Shown in pieces: positions 26,276 through 38,452 of a DNA stretch of 64,000 bases. Each line of letters begins with the position of its first letter. Position 1 is the first letter of the stretch. The notes under the pieces were generated by a model, which was not told the origin of the DNA, made no database searches, and saw only the letters and a program-made list of their open reading frames with translations. A program made the translations under genes and the position numbers. This DNA comes from Mobula hypostoma (lineage: Eukaryota): NCBI RefSeq assembly GCF_963921235.1, contig NC_086097.1, forward strand, positions 172,114,001 to 172,178,000. Reading direction: 5' to 3'.

Positions 26276-28116
26276 ACGAGAGGGAATAGGTTTAAAGTGA
26301 GAGGGGAAGGATTTAAAAGAGACCTGAGGGACAAATTTCTCCACACAGGGGGTGGTAGATACTTAGACTGAACTGCCAGATGAAGTAGTAGAGACAGATA
26401 CAATTACAACATTTAACGATATTTACACAGGAAGTTCAGAGGAATGTGGATCAAATACAGGGAACTGGGGCTAGCTCTGTAAGTACCTTGAATGTGTTAG
26501 GCAGAAGAGCCTGGTTCAAAGTTCCAAGTAAATTTATTATTAAAGTACATATATATGTCACCATATACTACCCTGAGATTCAGTTTCTTGCTTACTGTAT
26601 TACTCTCTGACTATATTGCAGTGTGAGATGCTGATGGATATTTGTAAAATAATATCCCCTCACCACTTTGCAGCCTCTGTTGAACCACTGCCAACTATAA
26701 GTTTTCATAGGCCCTAAGAAACCAATTAATGGAGGTGTTTACAAGGAAAGCTCTGTAAATGCTCTGCCAGAGGTGAAGTTCAACAGGTAACAACTCAAAC
26801 TGATATTCTCCTGGACTTGAACCTGACAGGGATAAGCACAGAGGGAAGCACAGGTATGGTCTATGAATGTTACAACCAGAAATCAATGTTCCAGTAGCTG
26901 GAGTTTGGAATGAAAAGGAGCTTGGGAGTCCTTGTGCAGGATTCCCTAAAGGTGAACTTGCAGGCAGAGTCGCTGGTAAGGAACACAACTGCAATGTTAA
27001 CATTCATTTCAAGAGGACTGGAATATAGAGATTGGTTAGTATGATGTTGTGGGCATCACTGAGTCGTGGCTGATAGAAGGTCATAGTTGGGAGCTTAACA
27101 TCAAAGGATATACTTTGTATCAAAAGGACAGGCAGGAAAGCAGAGGCAGTGGTGTGGCTCTGCTGGTAAGAGATGGAATTACATCTTTAGAAAGAGGTGA
27201 CATAAGGTCAGAGAATGTTGAATCTTTGTGGGTGGAGATAACTGCATGGGTAGGAAAAAAAACATTACGGGAATTATATATAGGCCTCCAAGTAGTAGCC
27301 AAGATGTTGGGTTGAGATTGCAAAGGAAGCTGGAAAAGGGTAAGGGTAATGTCACAACTGTAATGGGGGACTTCAGTATGCAAGGGGATTGGGAAAATCA
27401 GGCTGCTTAACAAGATTAAATCCTATGGCGTTACAGGAAAGATACTGGCATAGATAGAGGAATGGGTGACAGGCGGGAGGCAGTGAGTTGGAATAAAAGG
27501 AACCTTTTCTGGTTGGCTGCAGTGACTAGTGGTATTCCTCATGGGTCAGAATTGGGGCCACTACATTTCTATTGTTTGTCAAAGATTTAGATAATGGAAT
27601 TGATAGCTTTGTGGCAAAGTTTGCAGATGATATGAAGACAGATGGTTGGGGGTTAGATAGTACTGAGGAAGCAATGCGATTGCAGCAGGATTTAGACAAA
27701 TTGGAAGAATGGGCAAAAAAAAAGTGGCAGATGGAATACGGTGTTGGGAAATGTATGATGATGCATTTTGGTAAAAGGAACAATAGTGCTGACCATTATC
27801 TAAATAGCGAGAAAATTCAAACATTACAGCTGCAAAGGAACTTAGGAGTCCTCATGCAAAACTCCCAGAAATTTAATTTACAGGATGACTCTGTGGTAAA
27901 AAACCCAAATGCAATGCTGGCATTTATTTCAAGAGGAATAGAATATAAAAACAAGGAGATAATGCTGAGGCTTTATAAGACACTGCTCAGGCTACTCTTG
28001 GAGTATTGTTTAAAAATGCAAACACCAGGAAATCTGCAGATGCTGGAATTTCAAGCAGCACACGTAAAAATTGCTGGTGAATGCAGCAGGCCAGGCAGCA
28101 TCTATAGGAAGAGGTA

Positions 28117-28158
28117 CAGTCGACGTTTCGGGCCGAGACTCTTCGTCAGGACTAACTG
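28117..28158 (-). ncRNA. Minimal type-I hammerhead ribozyme motif
   Basis: Minus strand: AGTC-CTGACGA-AGAGTCTCGGCCC-GAAA-CGTC-GACT. Intact core with GUC triplet; one mismatch in stem II. Confidence 0.7.
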
Positions 28159-28818
28159 AAAGAAGAGATAGTAAGAGATTTGAAAGTGGGAGGGGGAGGG
28201 GGAGATCCGAAATGATAGGAGAAGACAGGAGGGGGAGGGATGGGGCCAAGAGCTGGACAGGTGATTGGCAAAAGGGATATGAGAGGATCATGGGACAGAA
28301 GGCCTAGGGAGAAAGAAAAGGGGGAGGAGGGGAAAACCCAGAGGATGGACAAGGGGTATAGTGAGAGGGATAGAGGAAGAAAAAGGAGAGAGAGAAAAGA
28401 GTATTTATAATAATAGTAAATAAATAAATAACGGATGGGGTACGAAGGGGAGGTGGGGCATTAATGGAAGTTAGAGAAGTCAGTGTTGGGTAGCCTCCAA
28501 CCTGATGGCATGAACGTTGATTTCTCTAACTTTTGTTAATGCCCCACCTCACCTTAGTACCCCATCCGTTATTTATTTACTATTTTTTATCTCTCTCTCC
28601 TTTTTCTCCCTCTGTCCCTCTCACTATACTCCTTGCCCATCCTCTGGACTTTCCCCCCTCCCTCTTTCTTTCTCCTTAGGCCTCCCGTCCCATGATCCTC
28701 TCATATCCCTTTTGCCAATCAACTTTCCAGCTCGTGGCTCCATTCCTCCCCCTCCTGTCTTCTCCTATCATTTCTAATCTCCCCCTCCCCCTCTTAAATC
28801 TCTTACTCTCTCTTCTTT

Positions 28819-28860
28819 CAGTTAGTCCTGATGAAGGGTCTCGGCCTGAAACGTTGACTG
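28819..28860 (+). ncRNA. Minimal type-I hammerhead ribozyme motif
   Basis: AGTC-CTGATGA-AGGGTCTCGGCCT-GAAA-CGTT-GACT; palindromic AACGTT in the stem III position. Confidence 0.72.
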
Positions 28861-31436
28861 TACCTCTTCCTATAGATGCTGCCTGGCCTGCTGCGTTCAC
28901 CAGCAACTTTTATGTGTTGCTTGGAGTATTGTTAACAGTCCCATATCTCAGAAAGGATGTGTTGTCATTGGAGAGAGTCCAGAGGAGGTTCGGGAGGAAG
29001 ATTCTGGGAATGAAGGGGTTACATATGAGAACCGTTTGGCAGCTTTGGCCCTGTACACACTGGAATATAGAAGATTGCAGGGAGATCTCACTGAAGCCTA
29101 TTGAATGCTGTATGGATTAGGTAAGGTGCATGTGGAGAGGACGTTTCCTATAGAGGGAGAGTCCAGGACCAGAGAGTACAGCCTCAGAATATAACATCCT
29201 TTAGAACAGAGGTGAAGAGGAATTTCATTAGACAGGGATTGGGGAATCTGCGAAATCTATTGCCACAGATGGCTGTGGAGACCATGTCATCAGTTATATT
29301 TATTTTGAGGATTGATAGTTAATAAAGGCATGAAAAGTTACTGGGAGAAGGCAAGAAAATGGGGTTGAGAGAGAAAATAAATCAGGCACGCATTTACACT
29401 CATCCCATTTTGTTCTCCCCACATTCCCATCAACCCCTCTCGGTTCCACCATGCATGTACACATTAGCGAATAACTTACAAGTTAGTAGGATAAAGTATA
29501 AATTATTCGCTAATGGGAATGTGGGGAGAACAAAATGTGTGCCTGATTTCTACGAGTAGTTGACAGCTATCACAGACTCAGTGGGCAGAAGAGCCATTTT
29601 CTGTGTTGTATTTCTAGATGGTCCATAACAAATAATCCCATTGCTTGTGCAGGATCTTCTGCCTCCATCTGAAAAAACAGATAATCGTATCTCACATTCA
29701 ACAGGTCATCCATGGAAGCATGTTATTTTGTACTCAATAAGCAATACCAAAAAGGTTCAAATGATTGTTATTTTTATTAATATTCTTTAATATAATCCTC
29801 AAGATGTGGAGAGAAAAAGGCTCTGTACATCACAATGAATCAGAACATGAACAAGAAAATCGAACCAGATCACAGTGTCCAACACATTAGTGCAAGGATG
29901 CTTGAAATCTATCATGTATAAAGAAGCAAGAGCCACATTGTTCAGTCCTATTTCCTCCACAAAAACATTCTTTATGCAATATGCACCATCTTCATCCCAA
30001 CTCCACGAGAGCTATTTAGATAAGAAATGCAGGCTTCCTCTCACAGAGGCATCAATTATTAACCACTCTCTGGCTACACATGGCAGCCTCGCCAGTATCT
30101 GTAATCAGGGAGCTTTTAAATTCACATTTCTACGATTCTAATCTGCCACATACTTTGTTAATCCAATGGCCAGCAAGTGCTGTTTGCAATGTCAGATTAA
30201 TCACTGTAACATTTCCCAATAATTTAGGAACATTGCTGATGTAATCTGAAAAAAAAATCTAAACCTTCAAATCTGACGGTTTATGAATCACAACCATTGA
30301 AAAATGTGATCATTTATTACAACATGCAGGATTTGGAGAGAATCCATATGGCCCATCACACCATTTAAAGGAACAATCGCATCAAAGGCCTAAAAGTTCA
30401 TCCAACTTTGCTCTGAAACCCATGGTTAACTGGTTAATCCTTGGCACCAAGCAATCACACTCCTGTCTGAGTTGGATATTTCTTCTCATTACTATTGATG
30501 TGGGCTTTAGAGTCACGGTCATAGAGTTTTCAGCACAGAAATTGGTCTTCACCCATCTAGTGCATGCTGACCTGATCTTCTGTATAGTCTCACCTACCTG
30601 CAATGGACCATATCCCTCCAAATGCCTCCCATCCATGTCCCTAATCAAAATTCTCTTAAATGTTACAATTGAACCTGTATATACTTTGGATGGTTGCTCG
30701 TTGCACATCCTTACAGTGAACAAGTTTCTCCTCAATTCCCCTTAAATATTCCACCATTCTCCCTAAACCTATGACCTCTAGTCTCGCCCAACCTGAGGAG
30801 ATAAATGCCTGCATTCATCCTATGTATACCCCTCGTAAGTTTGAATGAAGGGTTTTACCTCCCCATTTCCTTTGAACATATTTATTTATTCTGAAGTACT
30901 AGAACCGAGACACACGGACTATTCAACCGAGTTTTATTTATAAAATACTGAGACAGCATCCCACTTTCCCAAGCTGAATCTGAACACATAATTCAAAATA
31001 AACCAGGCACTAATTCTCTTTCTACCAGCCTCACGGTGAGCTCCAGTTTATACCACACTCATTACAAAAAGGAAGGACATTTTAGAACATTTCCCCAATT
31101 TATTTAGCAGCGATCATGGAATAATCTATTCATGAGAGCCATCTCCCTACCCATCCACTAACTAAAGAGTGAAAGAATCGAAGGCCAAGGCCCAGAAGGG
31201 TACTTAAAGTGTCATTCATGCTTAATCAGACAGGGTACCATCTGAAAGAGAACAGAGAAACAATAAGCAGATTTCACAATTGATTTGTCCCAGTTAGTGG
31301 AAACCACAGCAGTGAGCTCCAAAAGTAAAATCTTGCATTTCCCTAGCACCTTTTACAAAGTCAAGTTATCCCAAGGGGCTTTGCAGCAAATGAGATGGAA
31401 TCACCACTGTGATACAGTAAAGATGACAGCCAATGT

Positions 31437-32765
31437 ATACTCCCACTTTCTCCAAACTCGAGGGGTAGCCATGGGCACCGCATGGGCCCCAGCTATCCCT
31501 ATCCCTTTGTTGGCTACGTAGAACAGTCCATGTTCCAAGCCTTCTACAGTAATGCTCCCCAACTCTTCCTCAGCTACATTGATGACTGCATTGCTGCTGC
31601 TTCATGCACATATGCTAAGCTCATCAATTTCATCAACTTTGCCTCCAACGTCCACCCTGCCCTTAAATTCACCTGATCCATTTCTGACACCTTCTTCCCC
31701 TTTCTCAATCTCTCTCTCTCCATCTCTGGAGACAAACTGCCAAACAATATCTTTTATAAACCTACTGATTCCCACAGTTATCATGACTATACCTCCTCTC
31801 ACTGTGTCTCCTGTAAAAATTCTATTACCTTTTCATAGTTCTTCCATCTCCACCGTATCTGTTCCTAGGATCTGACTTTCCTTTCCAGGGCATCAGAAGT
31901 GTCCTCTTTCTTCAAAGAATGGGGTTTCCCTTCCTCCAGCACAGTTGCTGCCCTCACCCACATCTCCTCCATTTTCTGAACATCTGCACTCACCCCACCT
32001 TCCCCCAACCTTGACAGTAGGAGTTCCTCTTGTTCATAGCTACCACCCTATGAGCCTCCGCATCCAACACATCATCCTCCGTAAATTCTGCCACCTCCAA
32101 AGGGATCCTACCACCAAGCACATCTTTACCTCCCCACTACATGATTCCCTTGTCCATTGATCCCTCCCCACTAATCTCCCTCTAGGCACTTACCCCTGCA
32201 AGCAGCCAAAGTGCTACAACAACCCATTCACCTCTTCCTTCCCCTCCATTCAAGCACCCAAATAGTCCTTCCAAGTGAGGCAACACTTCACTTGTGAACA
32301 TACAGTGGTTGTCTAGTGTGTCTGGTGCTCCTCTACACTGGTGAGACGCATCATAATCTAGGGGACAACTTCGTTGAGCACCTCCACTCCATCTGCCAAA
32401 AGCAGAAGTCCCCTCTTCTTTTATTCCCCACTTTGACCTCTTACTTCTTCTCACCTGCCTATCACTTCTTCCTGGATTCCCTTCTCTTTTCCTTTCTCCC
32501 ATGGTCCACGCTCCTCTCCAATTAGATTCCTTCCTCTCCAGCCCCTTATCTATTCTACCCACCTTCTAGCTATCCTTCATTCACCCCACCACCCTCACCT
32601 TTTTATTCTGGCGTCATTCCCCTTCCTTTCTAGTCCTGAAGAAGGGTCTCGGCCCGAAACATTGACTGTTCACTCTTTTCCATTGATGCTGCCTGACCTG
32701 CTGAGTTCCTCCAGCAACTTGTGTGTGTTGCTTTGGATTTCTAGCATTTGCAGACTTCTTTGTGT
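31437..32765 (+). mobile_element. Decayed Penelope-like element (RT to 3' tail)
   Basis: HFLQTRGVAMGT, SYIDDC and LYTGET remnants; tail carries a hammerhead. Confidence 0.85.
32632..32668 (+). ncRNA. Minimal hammerhead ribozyme motif
   Basis: AGTC-CTGAAGA-A-GGGT-CTCG-GCCC-GAAA-CATT-GACT. Confidence 0.65.
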
Positions 32766-33280
32766 TTATAATGTATAGAGGGTATGGACCTAATGCAGGT
32801 AAATGGGATTGGCACAGATGCAAAGGTCAGCATGGATAAAGGGCCCGTTTCTGTACAGTATGACTTGATCTACACACAGCAAGCATTTACAAACAGCAAA
32901 GTGATAATAATTATTGATAAACTGCAGAATAATTGTCGTCCAGGGACTGTGAGATTCGTTCTTGGTTTATAGAAAATAGAACAGGCTCTTTGGTCCAAGA
33001 AGGGAACTGTAATTTCTTTGCCATACAATAATGCTTGGGTTGTAAAACATTCATTATGGACAGACCACCAATCACTCCAGACTCCTGCAATGGAAAGTCA
33101 AACAGCTGGAGGAGTGCTTCACAGAAGGATGGGCTGCTGGAAGATTGCCCAATTCTTCACTCAATTTTTCCAAATATATTACCTCAACAGAAAATCAAGC
33201 ACTCAGCAAGGAGGCCACCAGCCTCTCCCACCCTTTTCACATAGAAAATATGGCTAGTCCTTCCAATTATCTTTGTAATC

Positions 33281-34120
33281 TGTGACAAAAGAACCAGTTA
33301 TCAGAAGATTGATGCCGATAAGAGGACAATGGGGGAACATGCAAGGTGCTAATAAGAGAGAGACGAGAGAGATTACCAAAAGGAGACACGGTTCCAAGTA
33401 TTGTCAGAGACCGGTGGCTTTGAACCCTGAACTGTTTGAAGTCTGATGGACAGGCGATACCCCAGCAGGGGGATAAAAAGGGACAGGTTCGCTAAGGCAA
33501 CAGACACACGACACCACGAGGTAACGAGACCCTGGAAGCGGTGTGCCCCCACAAGTTGGGAGTTTTGGAGGTCTGGTCGCGGGACCAGCCATAGACGCAC
33601 AGGGTAGAAAGACACGGTCGGGCGGGAACCTGGCGTGTGTGTCCGCCCTTGCCTGGGTGCTGGGTTCACCGCAGAAGAACGATCATATCGGGAACGGAGG
33701 GGTCACAGTCAGTGACCTCAGAAGTCATTACAAAGGGCTCGCCCAAAAGCTAACTGCGAGGAATATCAAAGGTCTGTTTGGAATCCGATTTGCATATTCA
33801 TTCGTTCTCTCTCTCTCCTCCCCGCCCAACAGCACAACAGCGATTACTGCAAACTGAACTGAACTAAATTGAACTGAACTTTGCATCACTTGAAACTGAT
33901 CATTTAGCCCTAGACTGTGATAGAGCTTGATTGATCCTATTATCCTAGTTCTGTGTACATGTGTGTTTTATCATTGCTAAACTGTTGCATTTATATCCTT
34001 TTGATTAAAGTACTGTGTTGCTTATTTCTTTAATAAAACTTTCTTAGTTCCAGTAATCCAGACTCCAACTAAGTGGTTCATTTCTGCTGGTTTGGCAACC
34101 CAGTTACGGGGTACGTAACA
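33281..34120 (+). mobile_element. Solo LTR (Gypsy-like), 840 bp
   Basis: TGTGAC...GTAACA termini; 4-bp TSD AATC (33277-33280, 34121-34124); GATAAAA TATA-like at ~33472; AATAAA at 34032; internal (AACTG)n. Confidence 0.85.
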
Positions 34121-35792
34121 AATCAAATTATACCTTTTCCCCCTTGTGTCTCCACGAATGGGATTTGCTGTCATTGATATGTTCATATTTACCAGAGAGA
34201 AACACATTTCGGTATGGATAGAAGCCATTTGGCCTTTTCTGCCTGTACTAGCTCCCTTATCCATTCTACAGACAAACTGTTGGAGGAACTCAACAAGTCA
34301 GTCAGTACCTGTGGAGGGAAACGGATAATTGATGTTTCGGGTCGAGACTCTTCATCTGGACAGAAAGATAAAGGACAGATAGCCGTTAACAAGAGATGGG
34401 GAAAGGGGCGGAGCAGGAGCAATAGGTTGATCCAGGTGAGGAGGGGAGATAGGCAGATGGGGTATGGGAGAGTACTGATCTGTACAGTACCTGTGCCTGG
34501 TATTGTTAATGTTAAGTTAATGGAGAGTGGGCACATATTTCAAATGTGGAAGGGGCTGGTTACCCAACCCGAAGCCCTTTCTGTCTGCTGGCCAGACACT
34601 CAGACTGGCAACTTTCCCAACACACCTTGGGCAATGGCATTAAAACTGACCCAAAGATTGCTCCCTTGCACATGGTAACCTTCATAACTTACCAACAACC
34701 TTCCCAAATCCAAGCATTCCCAAAATCCATTTCCAAAGGAAAGTTGGAATTCAAATTATGGAGTTAACACAAGGATCCCATCAACTGCAGTTTGAGTCTC
34801 AGATCTCCACGTTTCATTGCCATATTATTTTTTTACAACACAGAAGGAAGCTACTTCAGCCAGCTGTGTCTATACCGGCTAACAAAGCAATCCCATTCTC
34901 CACTAACATTCCCTGTAACCTATTGTCTCCATAGTTCCATCAACTCTCCCCAAATTAGTCCCATGCCAATCCCGATTTTTTTATTCTCTCCACTTTCTCA
35001 TTAGCTTCTCCCAAGATTCTACCACTCGGCTGCACATGAAACGCAATTTCCAGTGGCCAAATCACCTACCAACCTGGGATACGGGAGAAAACAGGTGTAC
35101 TTGGGGGAAACCTGTAGGGTCACAGAGAGAATGTGCAAGCTCTACACGGAGCATGTTGGAAGTCAGCTTAGAATCTGGATCACTGGAGCCGTGAGGCAGT
35201 GCCTCTTCAGACTGAATCACAGGATGTTGTGAGTTCCGGGTCAGATCGTCGCCATTCTACACATGCAGACAACGGTTGGGATTTCCCTGAGACAGCCTGA
35301 CAAATCCATACTCATGAATGATCTCCGTGATACTAGTGCTTACCAAGTACTCAGCACCACCTCCACCAAGGTCCCACGGAAAGCCAATCTCCTTTCATCA
35401 CCAATGCATCTCTGCATCAATGATTTCTGCAGTGGCAGACTGCAATCTCTCTGACTGGCCCAATCTGAAACATTTGAGAGTTTTATCTTGAGGCCTGTGG
35501 CTGAATGCTGGGAAATGTTTCTGAATCACCAAGCTTACTGTTGAACTGACATGAATAGAACTTTGTGTGTGGGTCCCTTCACCACATCCACCAGCCTCAA
35601 AGAACTCACTGTCTGAAGGGAAACTCGAGAGCCCAACCACCACTGCTTAGACCGAGTACCACGTGGACTCTGGAGTTAGAAGTGAACTGTCTCTCTCAAG
35701 TTTTAAATGTCCCTCTCAGGTTTCAACCTCCATCTCTCGCACACACCCTTCAGGTGAAACCACATAAGAGCTCCTGGGACTGCACTGTGCAA

Positions 35793-35798
35793 TTTATT
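35793..35798 (-). promoter_or_regulatory. Candidate proximal polyadenylation signal of DSEL
   Basis: AATAAA on the minus strand ~50 nt after the stop codon; motif only. Confidence 0.25.
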
Positions 35799-35848
35799 CT
35801 TTGTTCAATCTGCCTGCATCGTAGTTGCAACTCCAGACAGTTCAGCTT

Positions 35849-38429
35849 TCAACTGGTAAACCTCGAATAGCCCAACTGACTCATCACTGACCAGCAGATG
35901 TCCTCGATAGTCTTGATATCCTGCAGGGACATCGTTTCCCTCCAGGTGTGGAGGTTGCCAGGTGCAAGGTCGCCCTCGAATGGAAGGTGGAGCAGGTTTG
36001 TGGAGGTAGCAAACAGCATCCTGTTGAGTACGGCAGGGGGCAAAGGAAAGCCCAGGAAGGCATAAACCTTCTCGGCTGTCTCTCGAGGAAGGGTGACAAC
36101 ATCTTCAAACTTCAGCAGCTGGTAGTTCTCTGACGGTAGCTTCCCGTTGATCCTCATTGCCGCCTTGATGTTGGCAAGCCAGAGGTGAGCCAGGAGGGCC
36201 ACCGCACTCTTGGTTGGGTCAGCAAACTGCCGCTGGAGGGATTTGTACTCGAAGGCCGCGGAGCCACACCCCTCGCCCACGTCCTCCCCAAAGAGGGCAG
36301 CCAGGCGCCCGGGCACATCCCCCAGTGAGGAGAGGCCGGGCTGGGCATGGGAGAGCAAGGATTGGACCCAGGCTCGAGGATCCCTCACTACCAGCATCAG
36401 CCGGGTCGGGGCCCCCAGCACGCCATGCACGAAGGGCATCTTGAGGGTCCAGGCGCCGCTGCTCAGACTGAGCACCACACGGGCGTTGGGGTGGGTGTCC
36501 AGGTGCCTCTGAAGCCGCCCCAGATACTCTGTATTCCCCTCCATTGCCTCACCACCCAGGGAGACCCTCCTCCTGTGCTTCTGTTTCTTCTGTGAGCTCC
36601 CCCTGACCCTGGGGTGCAGCGGCAGGTTCTGCAGGTGCAGCTTGGTGCCGTGCACCAGGGACTGAAGCCACCCCTGGGCCAGTCGGTAGCGGCCCTGCTG
36701 GGCGTCGGCGGCCGTCCACTCGCAAGCATCGGTGAGTGGATCAAGGTCGAACTCGGCCTCGGTCACCCCGGCCTGCTCGGTGGGCAGCCGGACATAGAGG
36801 AAATCAGCAACGTCGGAAAAGAGGTGCCGCAGGATCTCGGCACCGGATCCGGGGAGGGAGGTGATCACCAGTGGGGGCATTCTTCCCAGTGCCTGGTCCC
36901 ATTGCAGGGAGGGAGAAGCAGGCACCGGCTCCCCTTCTCCCCCGCCGCCACTGCAGAGGGGAAGGCGGCAGGCGGCCCAGAGGGCGGCCAGCTCAGCCAG
37001 CCACAGGCTGATAGCTGCCAGCATGGCCAGCCGCAGTAGGCGGCCGAAAGAGAGCGAGAGGCGAGAGCGGGCAGCTGCTAGGCCCAAGGCCAGACAAGGC
37101 ATGCCAGCTGCCGCTGCCGCCACTGCCACCACCTTAGCCGTGGGGCCCCGGTAGGAGCGGGACAGGGATGGGGTCTGGGCCACTACTGAGACAGTGCCAA
37201 GGCCAAAGCGGGTGACCTGGTGTGGCTCCTCCACTTTGGCATAGCCACCGAAGCCGAGGTAGGAGAAGCGGGAGCTGGGGTCGTCGTGCCGGGTGGCCAG
37301 CCACACCACCACAGGCGTGTCATTGATGGTGAGAGCCACTTTGAGGCCGGTGCTGGCGTCCTCGAGGAAGCGGCAGTCACTGACCCGGACGGATGGGCCG
37401 TGGAACAGGAACGCCATGCGGGTGACGGGCCCCCGCAACGCAAACGTCACATTGATGAACTGGGTCCAGCGCTTTTTGAACTCGGCCGCCTGCTCGGCTT
37501 CCTGGATCTGGGCCTCGGGGCTGTCGCCTGCAGCGCTGAACCACACCACTTTGTACTGGGCGTCCCAGACATCGAGCAGGGCGCCGTGGAGGCCCTCCTG
37601 GGACCGCCATGGCACGTAGCGGAAGTCGAGGTCGAGGTTGTGGAAGAAAGCGCTGGCGTGGCGTAGCGGGGAGCCGGGCTGCCGCTCTAGGTGATCCACC
37701 ACCAGCAGTGTCTCGGCATTGAGAAGCATCAGCGCTCTGTAGACGCTGCGCAGCCCCATGGCGGACGAGTAGGCCAGTGCTGCCTCGCCGCTTGTGAAGA
37801 CCATGCTGCCGTGATGCGAGGCAGTGACCACCTCACCGGCCGAGCCGCCGGCCTCGCCCGCCGTCCAGTCCAGCCATTGGCCGCACTCACCCAGCTGGCC
37901 CTCCCAGGGCCAATTGCAGTGGCTGCTGGGTGAGGGCCCAAACACCAGCACATTGTTGAGATAGCTGTGCTTGGGGCCGTACAGTGCCTCAGATACGAAG
38001 GGGCGGCCGCCTGGCGCAAAGGTGAAGGAGTTCTGGTCCGGGTGCTCGTGGCCCGGGTTGAAGCTCTTCCAACCGTCGATCCACGAGTATGGCCGGCCCC
38101 TGCTGCCACCCCAGCTGCCAGCACCATGCACCATCTCGTAGACGGCCCGCCCACCCAGCTTGCCCGACTTGAAGGAGACAAAGGTGTGGCCCGGCTCCTG
38201 CTCCAGCCCCCCACCGTAGGTGACCACCCCCCAGTTAGGGAAGACGTGCAACCTCGGGCTGCCGTGAATGGCTGGCGGCCGGGGGCTGAGCCCGGGGTCA
38301 TACCAGATGAACTCTGTGTGCAGGGTGCACCAGCGGTGTGCACTGGATGGCTCCATCGGCCCGTCCTTGGGTCGGTGCTTGCGGATCTGCTTGGCCAGCC
38401 AGTTACCGCTGCCGTCCCTGAGCACGAAC
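35849..38429 (-). CDS. DSEL: Dermatan sulfate epimerase-like protein (DS-epi2), terminal coding exon, 859 aa: epimerase C-terminal part, two hydrophobic segments, sulfotransferase-like domain
   Basis: Recognised motifs GNWLAKQIRKHRPKDGPM, FKSGKLGGRA, NPGHEHPDQNSFTF, QEAEQAAEFKKRWTQF, PAPS-like ITSLPGSGAEIL and VRDPRAW. The first 31 aa of the listed ORF are intronic; the exon starts after CTCTCTTCTCCCCTCCACTGCAG. Confidence 0.96.
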
Positions 38430-38452
38430 CTGCAGTGGAGGGGAGAAGAGAG
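38430..38452 (-). promoter_or_regulatory. Splice acceptor (phase 2) of the DSEL terminal exon
   Basis: Polypyrimidine tract plus CAG|G exactly where DSEL similarity begins (AG at 38431-38430). Confidence 0.88.

Larger units (their letters stand above)
28011..28919. mobile_element. Large palindromic pair of Penelope 3' tails with 14-bp TSD
   Basis: Minus arm ~28018-28487, plus arm ~28488-28922. CTTGGAGTATTGTT at 27997-28010 and 28920-28933. Confidence 0.9.
26900..29370 (+). mobile_element. Fragmented CR1 LINE (endonuclease and RT pieces) interrupted at 28011-28919
   Basis: GITESWL, IYRPP, MGDF (endonuclease); KFADDMK, LAFISRGIEYK, LYKTLLR..LEYC; resumes with PYLRKDVLSLERVQRRF. Confidence 0.9.
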
